DNA of 64,000 bases from an uncultured Alphaproteobacteria bacterium (GTDB taxonomy: Bacteria > Pseudomonadota > Alphaproteobacteria > RF32 > CAG-239): positions 29,813 through 93,812 of the forward strand of contig CALXZH010000024.1 in assembly GCA_944393175.1 (NCBI GenBank), read 5' to 3'. Of this stretch, positions 55,381-64,000 are shown in pieces. A program made the position numbers and the translations under genes. Numbering within the stretch: the stretch's first letter is position 1; each line of letters starts with the position of its first letter. Below the pieces are notes generated by a model that searched no databases, was not told where the DNA came from, and was given only the letters and a program-made list of their open reading frames with translations.

Positions 55381-56091
55381 TTGACTAAAGAAGAAAATAG
55401 TTTAGAGCATATTGCAATTATCATGGATGGTAACGGTCGTTGGGCAACCAAAAGAGGATTGCCTCGTTCCATGGGACATAAAAAAGGTGCTGAAGTCGTT
55501 AAAGAAATTGTGCGTGCTGCCGGAGAGGTCGGTGTTAAGTATTTAACACTTTATGCCTTTTCTACGGAAAACTGGCAAAGAAGCAAAGATGAAGTCGATA
55601 CGCTTATGGGCTTATTGCGGCAATATCTCAAATCAGATTTGAAAGAGTTGCAAGAAAATAACGTACGTATCAAATTTATCGGTGAAAGCGAAATGCTGGC
55701 TGCAGATATTGTTTCGGCTATGCGGAAGTTGGAGGTCGATACCGCGCAAAATGACGGTTTGACGCTTTGCATTGCTTTGAGCTATGGCTCCAGACAAGAA
55801 ATCGTTAATGCAGTTAAAAAAACCGCTGCTTTAGTAAAAAAAGGTGATATATCAGTTGATGATATTGATATTAAAATGTTTTCTGATATGCTCTATACCA
55901 AATCCATTCCTGATCCGGATTTGCTTATTCGGACCAGCGGAGAACAACGTATAAGCAATTATTTGCTGTGGCAGATTGCTTATGCGGAACTCTATTTTAC
56001 AAAAACTTTGTGGCCGGATTTTAATAAAGATGAACTGGTCGCTATTATTAAGGACTACAAAACTCGGGAGAGAAGATATGGAAAAGTCTAA
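55381..56091 (+). CDS. uppS: undecaprenyl-diphosphate synthase
   Basis: HIAIIMDGNGRWA and cis-prenyltransferase motifs; apparent TTG start. Confidence 0.85.
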   Translation: MTKEENSLEHIAIIMDGNGRWATKRGLPRSMGHKKGAEVVKEIVRAAGEVGVKYLTLYAFSTENWQRSKDEVDTLMGLLRQYLKSDLKELQENNVRIKFIGESEMLAADIVSAMRKLEVDTAQNDGLTLCIALSYGSRQEIVNAVKKTAALVKKGDISVDDIDIKMFSDMLYTKSIPDPDLLIRTSGEQRISNYLLWQIAYAELYFTKTLWPDFNKDELVAIIKDYKTRERRYGKV

Positions 56092-56866
56092 AATGGTTGC
56101 CGTTACAAAAAGAGTTGTTACATCGTTAATTTTGGCTCCCGTGGTCTTGGGATGTGTGTTTTTAGGTTCTCCGGTGATTAATGTTTTGGTATTGTTGTGC
56201 GGAGCCCTGCTTGCTTGGGAGTGGGCTCATATGGTGCCAAACCAAAATAATGTTGTGTATGCACTTGCTTATTTGTTTTCTTTGGCAGTTGCCGTGTTGG
56301 TCAATGATGCGGTTACAATCTTGTGGGTGATGGCTTTGACGGCTCTCTTCGTTTGGTATAAAGCAATCGGCGAACAACACAGAAAATTATTAACCTTAGG
56401 CGTGGTTTATATTACCCTGGGTTTAGGTGCTGTTATTTGGTTGTTTAATTGCGTCGGGGTTCCGACTACGATTTGGTTCATTTTGGCTATTTGGAGCGTT
56501 GATATAGGCGGTTATGTCGTCGGTTGCTCGCTCAAAGGTCCAAAGTTGGCTCCAAAAATCAGCCCTAATAAAACTTGGGCCGGTTTGGGCGGCGGTATCT
56601 TATTTTCGGTTTTAGTCAGCGTTGCTTATGCCTATTGGTTAGGAACTAAAGAGGCAGCACTTGCATTTGCTTTGCTCGGAGTATTTCTGGCCATTATCGA
56701 ACAAGCGGGAGATTTAATCGAATCTGCAATCAAACGCCATCTCGGTTTGAAAGATTCAAGTAATTTAATTCCCGGACATGGCGGAATCTTTGATAGAATT
56801 GACGGAATGATTTTTGCAGCTCCGGCAGTGGCTTTGTTGTTTCAATATGGTTTGCTGTATTTGTAA
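56078..56866 (+). CDS. cdsA: phosphatidate cytidylyltransferase
   Basis: ~262-aa membrane protein with CdsA C-terminal signature (SAIKRHLGLKDSSNLIPGHGGIFDRID); start ATG 56078 overlapping uppS end. Confidence 0.8.
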   Translation: MEKSKMVAVTKRVVTSLILAPVVLGCVFLGSPVINVLVLLCGALLAWEWAHMVPNQNNVVYALAYLFSLAVAVLVNDAVTILWVMALTALFVWYKAIGEQHRKLLTLGVVYITLGLGAVIWLFNCVGVPTTIWFILAIWSVDIGGYVVGCSLKGPKLAPKISPNKTWAGLGGGILFSVLVSVAYAYWLGTKEAALAFALLGVFLAIIEQAGDLIESAIKRHLGLKDSSNLIPGHGGIFDRIDGMIFAAPAVALLFQYGLLYL

Positions 56867-56879
56867 AGGTTATTGAATT

Positions 56880-58013
56880 ATGGAATGGCTGGTTAATAGT
56901 TTGTATTATGTTGTGCCGTTTGTTGTTTTACTCGGTATCTTGGTTTTTGTGCATGAGTTTGGACATTTTATTGTCGCGCGGTTGTGCGGTGTTCAGGTCG
57001 AGGCGTTTTCTATCGGTTTTGGTAAGACACTGTGGAGTAAAAAAGATAAGAAAGGTACAGAGTGGAAAATTTCTGCCGTTCCTTTAGGCGGATATTGCCA
57101 GTTTTTGGGCGATGCCGATGCATCTTCCTCAACAACAGATGAAAAAGTTGAAGAACTCTCCGAGGAGCAAAAGAAAGTAGCTTTTCCTTATCAAAATCCT
57201 TTTAAGAAATTAGCCATTGTTTTGGCAGGTCCGGGAGCTAATTATTTGTTTGCCGTTTTAGTGTTTACGGCTGTTTTCTTTTTTGTGGGTAAAATCGTTT
57301 TTCCGCCGATTGTCGGTGAGGTATTTAAGGGAAGTGCCGCTGAGGCTGCCGGAATTATTCCCAATGACAGAATACTGTCTATTAACGGGCATAAGGTGAC
57401 TTATTTTGATGATATAAGAAAAGAAGTCGATTTAACAACCAATGGACAAGCAGTTGTTGAGTTGTTGCGTAACGGCGAAAAAATGACGCTTTCTTTCCCG
57501 CTGAAGGAAATTGAAGTACAAGAATATAACGGACAAAAATCTAAAAGACCGATGCTGGGGGTTAAGTCCGTCAGTACAATCGAGGTGGAACAACTCAATC
57601 TTTCTTTGGGTGAGGCTTTTTATGAGGCTTTGCTGGAGACTTGGGATGTGACCGAGGCAACTTTGCGCGGCGTCGGCCAAATGATTACCGGAAAAAGAGG
57701 AAGTGAAGATTTAGGCGGAATTGTCAGAATTGCTGAAATGTCCGGTGATATTAGCAAACAAAGCGGCTTTTTGGATTTCTTAGTCTTTATGTGTTTACTG
57801 TCTATTAACTTGGGATTGATTAATCTGTTTCCTATTCCGGTGTTGGACGGTGGGCATGTGGTCATTTATTTGGTGGAAATTTTTACAGGCAGAGAAATTA
57901 ACACCAAAATTAAAGATACTTTATTTAAACTCGGTTTTAGTTTAATAATTGCCTTAATGGTATTCGCAACTTGGAATGATATGGTTCGTTTGTTCCATCG
58001 GTGGTTTGCATAA
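56880..58013 (+). CDS. rseP: RIP site-2 metalloprotease RseP
   Basis: 377 aa; HEFGHF zinc motif in TM1, PDZ domain, C-terminal LDGGH motif. Confidence 0.85.
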   Translation: MEWLVNSLYYVVPFVVLLGILVFVHEFGHFIVARLCGVQVEAFSIGFGKTLWSKKDKKGTEWKISAVPLGGYCQFLGDADASSSTTDEKVEELSEEQKKVAFPYQNPFKKLAIVLAGPGANYLFAVLVFTAVFFFVGKIVFPPIVGEVFKGSAAEAAGIIPNDRILSINGHKVTYFDDIRKEVDLTTNGQAVVELLRNGEKMTLSFPLKEIEVQEYNGQKSKRPMLGVKSVSTIEVEQLNLSLGEAFYEALLETWDVTEATLRGVGQMITGKRGSEDLGGIVRIAEMSGDISKQSGFLDFLVFMCLLSINLGLINLFPIPVLDGGHVVIYLVEIFTGREINTKIKDTLFKLGFSLIIALMVFATWNDMVRLFHRWFA

Positions 58014-58038
58014 TGATAAAAGGGTTTGAGGATAAATT

Positions 58039-60304
58039 AATGAAAAAAACTACTTTAGCGGCTTTTATTTTTAGTTTGATGGTCAGTACGCGTGCGGGAG
58101 CTGCAGAGGTGTATGTCAGTTCAATTAATGTGCAAGGTTTGCAACGTGTTGAGCCTGAAACCGTTTTGTCTTATTTGGATATTGAGGAAGGCGCAAATGT
58201 TTCGGAGGAAACTTTGGATGCCGCTATGAAACGTTTGTTTGCAACAGGTTTGTTTGCCGATGTTAATTTTAATAGCCTTAGTGACGGAAGTTTGCAAATC
58301 AGAGTTGTGGAAAATCCGATTATTAACAAAAGAGTATTTGACGGTAATGATAAGCTTGATGATGCTATTTTGGAGACGGAAGTTCAGCTTAAATCCGGCT
58401 CCATTTACAGCATTGCCAAAGTGCAAGAAGATGTACAACGTATTTTGGAAGTTTATAAACGTTCCGGCAGATATGCAACGGTGGTAGAACCGCAAATTAT
58501 TAAGCGCGACCAAAATCGCGTGGATTTAATTTATGAAATTACAGAAGGACCGACGGCTACAATTAATAAAGTTAATTTTGTCGGAAATGTGCATTATTCG
58601 GATGATGATTTACAATCCGAAATTATGAGTAAAGAAAGTCGTTGGTATCGTTTGTTCGGGTCTTCGGAAAATTATGATCCCGAAAAAACAAATTACGATA
58701 AAGAGCTCCTGCGTCGTTTCTATTTAAAACGTGGTTATGCTGATTTTAGAGTTGTGTCGGCTGTGGCAGAGTTAAGTCCCGATAAAAAATCTTTTGTGGT
58801 GACTTATGTCGTTGAAGAAGGACCGCGTTATAAAATTGATGATATTCAGATTAATTCTGCTGTTAAAGGTGTGGATACCGCAGCTTTGATGGATGAAGTC
58901 TTGGTTGAAAAAGGCGAGTGGTATAATGCAGAATTGGCTGAAAAGTCAGTTTATGCCATTACGGAAGAATTGGGCAAAAAAGGTTTTGCCTTTATTGATG
59001 TTAATCCGGATATTAAAAAAATCGGCGATAATAAATTGGTGTTGACTTTTGATATTGCAGAGGGAGACCGCGTATTCGTTGATAAGATTAATATTACGGG
59101 TAATACCAGAACTGAAGATAAGGTTATCAGAAGAGAGTTTAGAATAGATGAAGGAGATGCTTTTAATGCTGCTAAAATAAGAGCTTCTCGCAGAAATGTT
59201 GAAAATCTGGATTATTTCAGCAAAGTTGATATTCAAACCGTTCCGAATCCAAACGATGACAGCAAAGCAGATATTAATGTTAATGTAGAAGAAAAATCTA
59301 CCGGTGCATTTAATGTCGGGGTCGGTTATTCTACTGTTAACGGTGCTTTGTTCAGAGCAGGTGTGGCTGAAAACAACTTCCAAGGAAAAGGGCAAAAACT
59401 CAGTGCAGATGTAGCCGTTTCTCAACGTACTTCTGAATATGACTTGAGCTTTACCGAGCCTTATTTCTTGGGACGGCGTTTGAGTGCCGGTATTGATTTG
59501 TTCCGTACGGAAGAAGATTATCAAGATGAAGGATCTTATGATAGCGAATCTACCGGTGTAAGATTGCGTACTGGTTGGAATTATACCGATGACTTTGCTC
59601 AGTATCTCCGCTACACCTTAAAAGAAGATAAAATCAGTAATGTTGATTCTACGGCTTCTCGCTATATTAAAGAGGAAGAAGGGACATACAGCAACTCTTC
59701 AATCGGTCAAACCATGGTGTATGACAAACGCGACAGTGCCATTAATCCGAAAGAAGGTTATTATTTGTCCTTTGGTAATGATGTGGCCGGTTTGGGCGGT
59801 GATGAAAAGTATTTGAAGTTTGACGGTAAGGCTTATAAGTACTTTACAATTGCCGATTACTATACTTTCAAATTATTTGTTAACGGCGGTTATATCGTTG
59901 GCTACAACGGACAAGATGTTCGTTTGTCTAACAGATACTATTTGGGCGGCTCTAATATGCGTGGTTTTGAGTTTGCAGGTATCGGTGCTCGTGATAAATA
60001 TACTAAAGATGCCTTGGGCGGTAACTGGATGGTTTATTCGGGGGCAGAAATGTCTTTCCCAATCGGGTTGGATGAACTGGGTGTTCGAGGCCGTACGTTT
60101 GTTGATGTCGGTATGCTCGGTAAACCTGATAATTTTGATAAACGTTATATCGATTATTCGGATACACCGCGCGTGGCTGCAGGTTTCGGTTTCCAATGGC
60201 AATCCCCAATGGGACAAATCGATGTTGATTTTGCTTTCCCGATTGTTAAGGAAGATTATGATGAAACTGAAGTATTCCGCTTGAATTTTGGTTCAAGATT
60301 GTAG
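58039..60304 (+). CDS. bamA: outer membrane protein assembly factor BamA
   Basis: ~755 aa; signal peptide, POTRA repeats, C-terminal Omp85 barrel; conserved position between rseP and lpxD. Confidence 0.85.
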
Positions 60305-60322
60305 AGGAAAGGAGAGCTGATT

Positions 60323-61336
60323 ATGGTTGATACTCGCTTTTATGACAATAAAGGTCCGTTTACTTTGCAACAGATTGCAGAGATTTGTGAGGCTGAATTG
60401 CAGGATAAATCAAAGGCGTTGGTTGAGATTAAAAATATTGCAACCATGTCTAAAGCGAGTACGGATGATATTTGCTTTTTCTATGATAAAAAAGTTAAAG
60501 AAAAAGCTGCAGATATTCAAGCAACAGCTTGCGTGACAACTGCAGAGTTGGTGGGTTGTGTGCCAGAAAATGTTATTTGTTTGATTGCTCAAAATCCAAA
60601 AATTTCATTTTTGAAGCTTAATCAGGCCTTTTATGCGGAAGTGTTACCTAAACCAAACATTGCATCGTCTGCCAGAATCCATCCTTCGGCTATTATCGGA
60701 GAAAATGCTTTTATCGGTGATAACGTGGTGATTGGCGAACATGTGAAAATCGGTGTTAATTGTATGATTGAACCGGGCGTCGTGATTGGAAGAGGCTGCC
60801 AAATCGGTAATAATTGCAGAATCGGTGCAAATGCGTCCATTTCATATACAATTATGGGTGATGATTGTTATATTTACACCGGTGCACGTATCGGGCAAGA
60901 CGGTTTTGGTTTCCAATTGATAAACGGTCAGCATAAACGTATTCCCCAAGTCGGACGGGTGATTATCGGAAACGATGTGGAAATCGGGGCTAATACTTGT
61001 GTGGACAGAGGTGCTCTCGATGATACGGTTATCGGTGACGGTGTCAGAGTGGATAATTTGGTTCAAATTGCTCATAATGATAAAATGGGCAGGGGATGCG
61101 TTATTGTTTCGCAAACAGGAATTGCCGGTAGCTGCACTTTCGGAGATTATGTGGTTTGCGGCGGTCAAACAGGTTTTGCTGATCACCTTAATGTTGGAAG
61201 CGGAGCTCAGGTTGCAGCACAATCGGGTGTAATGAGAGATATTGAACCAGGTGCAGTTTTGATGGGATATCCCGCAGTGCCGATTAAAGATTTTATGAGG
61301 CAAGTATCTTACTTACAGAAAGTTTCAAAAAAATAG
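60323..61336 (+). CDS. lpxD: UDP-3-O-acylglucosamine N-acyltransferase
   Basis: 337 aa; LpxD N-terminal domain followed by hexapeptide repeats. Confidence 0.85.
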   Translation: MVDTRFYDNKGPFTLQQIAEICEAELQDKSKALVEIKNIATMSKASTDDICFFYDKKVKEKAADIQATACVTTAELVGCVPENVICLIAQNPKISFLKLNQAFYAEVLPKPNIASSARIHPSAIIGENAFIGDNVVIGEHVKIGVNCMIEPGVVIGRGCQIGNNCRIGANASISYTIMGDDCYIYTGARIGQDGFGFQLINGQHKRIPQVGRVIIGNDVEIGANTCVDRGALDDTVIGDGVRVDNLVQIAHNDKMGRGCVIVSQTGIAGSCTFGDYVVCGGQTGFADHLNVGSGAQVAAQSGVMRDIEPGAVLMGYPAVPIKDFMRQVSYLQKVSKK

Positions 61337-61368
61337 TCTTAACCTAATAACTATGCAAAGGAAAAGTT

Positions 61369-61818
61369 ATGTCTGAAAATAAAATTTATCATATTGAAGA
61401 AATTATGCAGATGCTGCCGCATCGCTATCCGTTCTTACTCGTTGATCGTTTGGAAGTTGAAGTTCCCGGCGAAAAAGGTGTTGGTATTAAAAATGTTACT
61501 ATGAATGAAGAGTTTTTTCAAGGACATTTCCCCGGAAATCCGGTTATGCCCGGTGTGTTGCAAATTGAAGCTATGGCACAAACCGCAGGTGCAATCGTGG
61601 TTGCAGGAAAAGGTGATTTTAACGATAAAAAACGCAGTGTTTTGTTTATGTCAATCGATGGTGTTAAATTTCGCAAACCGGTTAAACCAGGCGATCAACT
61701 GCGTATGCATGTTGAGAAAGTTAAAGAACGTCGCAATATCTTTGTCTTTAAGGGACAAAGTATGGTCGATGGAAATGTGGTTTCTGAGGCTGAATTTACT
61801 GCAATGATTGTGGAATAA
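61369..61818 (+). CDS. fabZ: 3-hydroxyacyl-ACP dehydratase FabZ
   Basis: 149 aa; LPHRYPFLLVDR and FFQGHFPGNPVMPGVLQIEAMAQ hot-dog signatures. Confidence 0.9.
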   Translation: MSENKIYHIEEIMQMLPHRYPFLLVDRLEVEVPGEKGVGIKNVTMNEEFFQGHFPGNPVMPGVLQIEAMAQTAGAIVVAGKGDFNDKKRSVLFMSIDGVKFRKPVKPGDQLRMHVEKVKERRNIFVFKGQSMVDGNVVSEAEFTAMIVE

Positions 61819-61837
61819 TATTGTTCTATTGTGCAAA

Positions 61838-61867
61838 CAAAAGCCGGATTATTTCCGGCTTTTTTGT
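61838..61867. terminator. bidirectional rho-independent terminator
   Basis: AGCCGGA-TTATT-TCCGGCT hairpin with A-run/T-run. Confidence 0.6.
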
Positions 61868-63147
61868 TGCTTGTTTTTTATGAGTTGGGCTAAATTTTGT
61901 GGTTTGAGCATTGTTTCAATTTGGGGTTTTAAGATTTTTCGATACTCATTTAAGTAAGGTTGAAGTTCCGGATTGGTATATTTATCCAGTAATTTATATA
62001 AATTGGCTTTTTCAGCCGGATTATAAGCCATTTCTCCTAAGTCTGCAAACAATCTATAATAAGGATTAAAAGGATTGTATTTTTTGTGAAATCTTAAGGC
62101 TTCGAGATAATCATAATGCCATTGGTCGTATTGCGATGAACTATATTGGGTTAAAGTTTCGGGAGTTTGTAACGGATATTGGGTTAGGGTTTGGTAATTC
62201 TCGTGATTATATCCTTGTTCAATGACAACTTCGGCGCAAATGTCTGCTAGATTTAGAAAATCAATGGCGCCATCAGAGAGATAGTATTTTTGTATATTGT
62301 TATGAAGACTATCAAACCGGATACGGTTCAGCATAGTACGAGTGGCTGCAAAACCACAGTAAATAGAATTGTGTTTCTTTTCTACAACGTTCTTAAATTT
62401 TAATGCCATGTTATAAAGGGCATTTTTGTAGATTTTAGGATTGTTTACTTCTTTGAGAGCCAAACAACTATATGCAAAACAATCCGCAAAACTTTCCTGG
62501 AGCATGCATGTTTCTTCATAATATTGATTAATTTGTTTTTTTAAATTTTCGTCAGGGTGATTGCGGCCATATTTTTTGTATAATTCGAGGTATTTTTGAT
62601 GAGAGGTGCTATGTCTGAAAAAATGGTATTTATTATCAATGGCATGAGCATATTCGTGGTAGAGCGTGGCAAGGGTATCTGTTGGGTTAAAGCCATATAT
62701 GCCATATATGATGATGGTGTTTTTACGGTCTTTGCTGTGAAAGCAATAACCTTTGGTATGGCTGAGACACTTTTGAAAATTAGCGGTAATATTTAACATA
62801 TCCATTTCTTTTAGAATAGATGTGTACTGTATTCCCAAATTTTTTTTGCAAACAGAAAAGAGCTTGTGACGGTTTAAGACAACGTTATTGTTGCTATTGG
62901 TTTGCCAATAATCATTGACGCAAATGGCAAAGGAGTGGAAACCATCTTGGTTGCACAGCTGATTGAGGCGTATCATATCCGGTAAGATATATTCTTTGAA
63001 TTGCTTATAGAATCTTGGTTTCCAGAAGGCCTTACGACCATGTGGTTGTAGAAGATATTTGATGTCTTTATGAATATCGGTGATGGTATAAGTAATCATT
63101 TTTGCTCCTTGGAGGAGTAAAATAATTGTTTTGTTAAATTTTGTCAA
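61849..63147 (-). CDS. hypothetical protein with HExxH motif (possible zinc metallopeptidase-like), Tyr/Asn/Lys-rich orphan
   Basis: 432-aa ORF; LATLYHEYAHAID contains HEYAH; no other family features; occupies the position where lpxA usually follows fabZ. Confidence 0.4.
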   Translation of the reverse strand: MTKFNKTIILLLQGAKMITYTITDIHKDIKYLLQPHGRKAFWKPRFYKQFKEYILPDMIRLNQLCNQDGFHSFAICVNDYWQTNSNNNVVLNRHKLFSVCKKNLGIQYTSILKEMDMLNITANFQKCLSHTKGYCFHSKDRKNTIIIYGIYGFNPTDTLATLYHEYAHAIDNKYHFFRHSTSHQKYLELYKKYGRNHPDENLKKQINQYYEETCMLQESFADCFAYSCLALKEVNNPKIYKNALYNMALKFKNVVEKKHNSIYCGFAATRTMLNRIRFDSLHNNIQKYYLSDGAIDFLNLADICAEVVIEQGYNHENYQTLTQYPLQTPETLTQYSSSQYDQWHYDYLEALRFHKKYNPFNPYYRLFADLGEMAYNPAEKANLYKLLDKYTNPELQPYLNEYRKILKPQIETMLKPQNLAQLIKNKQQKSRK

Positions 63148-63232
63148 TATTTGACTTGAAGAGTTTAGTTTTTAGTGCTATAAGCGTCTATATTTTTATT
63201 ATTAATCTATGTTTCATTAAAAAAATTTACTT

Positions 63233-63820
63233 ATGAAAACAATTATTGTAGAAACTTGGGAGCAATTGCGTCGCGCAATTGAATTAGAAGAGGCTGATGA
63301 AATTATCATTAAAGGAATGGTTGCTTGTCAGTATTCTCCTTTGATTGTGAAACAGGGGCAAAAGCTGGTGGGCTTTAACTCATACAGTGGTTTGATATTT
63401 AAGTATGAAAAAGCGCAAAGTGCAATTTTGCTTGAAGGCGGAATGTTGGATACTTTAAAAATTGAGGTGCTGGCCGAAACTTATCCGGCAAAAGAGAGAA
63501 TGCAAGCGGTGGTGGAGATAAATGCTTATCATTCAGCTCTGAAAGATGTTACTTTTGATATTTGGGTTAAAGATCCGGAAGTATCTTGTATGCATTTGCA
63601 ATATTCAGGCCTTTACATTCGGCATGAAGCGGTCTTGGCCGGGACAATCAAGATAAAAAGCCGCGGGCACAACGTTGTTCCGATTGCAGATTGTCCCTTG
63701 GCTACTTCTGCAATTAGCGGCGATAAGTTTAGCTTGTTGCTGGAAGGAAGTGTTAAAGGTTTGCAAGGACTTGAAATTAGAGGGCAGCACAATATGATTG
63801 CTTTACAAGTAAATGCTTAA
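63233..63820 (+). CDS. hypothetical protein
   Basis: 195-aa ORF with terminator downstream; no recognisable motif. Confidence 0.4.
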   Translation: MKTIIVETWEQLRRAIELEEADEIIIKGMVACQYSPLIVKQGQKLVGFNSYSGLIFKYEKAQSAILLEGGMLDTLKIEVLAETYPAKERMQAVVEINAYHSALKDVTFDIWVKDPEVSCMHLQYSGLYIRHEAVLAGTIKIKSRGHNVVPIADCPLATSAISGDKFSLLLEGSVKGLQGLEIRGQHNMIALQVNA

Positions 63821-63821
63821 A

Positions 63822-63862
63822 CAAATCCCCATATCAGGTGTTGATATGGGGATTTTTTGTTT
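63822..63862 (+). terminator. rho-independent terminator
   Basis: CCCCATATCA-loop-TGATATGGGG hairpin followed by T-run. Confidence 0.6.
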
Positions 63863-64000
63863 TTTTATCCTAGATCCAAGAACATTCAAAGATGAAAACA
63901 TTGTCATCTTTGGGGATTAGGGCTTTCCAGATTTCGCTATAGAAAAACTCTTGGTTGGGCATTTCAAGCAAAGAGCTCTCGATATAGGCGAGCTCTTGTG

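Overview
This is a 64-kb chromosomal window from a low-GC Gram-negative bacterium (GC roughly 35-40% by eye). The gene order plsY-dprA-topA on the minus strand and pyrH-frr-uppS-cdsA-rseP-bamA-lpxD-fabZ on the plus strand points to an alphaproteobacterium; that assignment is inference only. Left third (1-16 kb): a surface-polysaccharide modification cluster (MBOAT O-acetyltransferase, two AlgJ/AlgX-like paralogs, rfbB, a GT4 glycosyltransferase, an Fe-S/pyruvyl-transferase fusion), plus an ArsB/NhaD-type transporter, TerC, MarC, motA-motB, a ROK sugar kinase and a sucrose-phosphate-synthase-like glycosyltransferase. Centre (16-39 kb): tRNA-Met(CAT) followed by a duplicated 130-bp block that carries the tRNA 3' end; a redox cluster (tandem-ArsR regulator, thioredoxin-fold lipoprotein, flavodoxin); an autotransporter; two BOF/YgiW paralogs; uvrD; a MoxR-DUF58-TPR cluster; mlaC-mlaA; a DegT aminotransferase; accB-accC; an isolated flgE; and lineage-specific orphan ORFs. 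The most notable feature is a ~7.7-kb AT-rich integrative island inserted at the 3' end of tRNA-Phe (39847-47526). It is bounded by an ~80-bp direct repeat of the tRNA 3' half plus its terminator. It carries a P4-type tyrosine integrase, an AlpA excisionase-like regulator and a RepA-like ATPase. Its cargo operon pairs a DUF805 membrane protein, translationally coupled, with a lipoprotein that fuses a single-HKD Nuc-like PLD nuclease domain to a class-B PBP transpeptidase-like domain. In that PBP-like domain the catalytic SxxK lysine is replaced (SIYM), while the SxN and KTG motifs are retained at canonical spacing. This satellite-borne DUF805 + Nuc-pseudoPBP pair is the best candidate for an undescribed system in the window, possibly an envelope-anchored anti-foreign-DNA, defence or toxin module. 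Immediately outside the island's right boundary lies a 211-bp tandem repeat (2.1 copies). Each unit ends in a mimic of a tRNA 3' end. It shares a ~55-nt module containing a 14-bp perfect palindrome with the repeat at the tRNA-Met locus, which suggests a family of tRNA-3'-end-anchored miniature elements or att-site scars. Right third (48-64 kb): housekeeping genes topA, dprA, plsY, pyrH, frr, uppS, cdsA, rseP, bamA, lpxD and fabZ, followed by orphan ORFs where lpxA would be expected.
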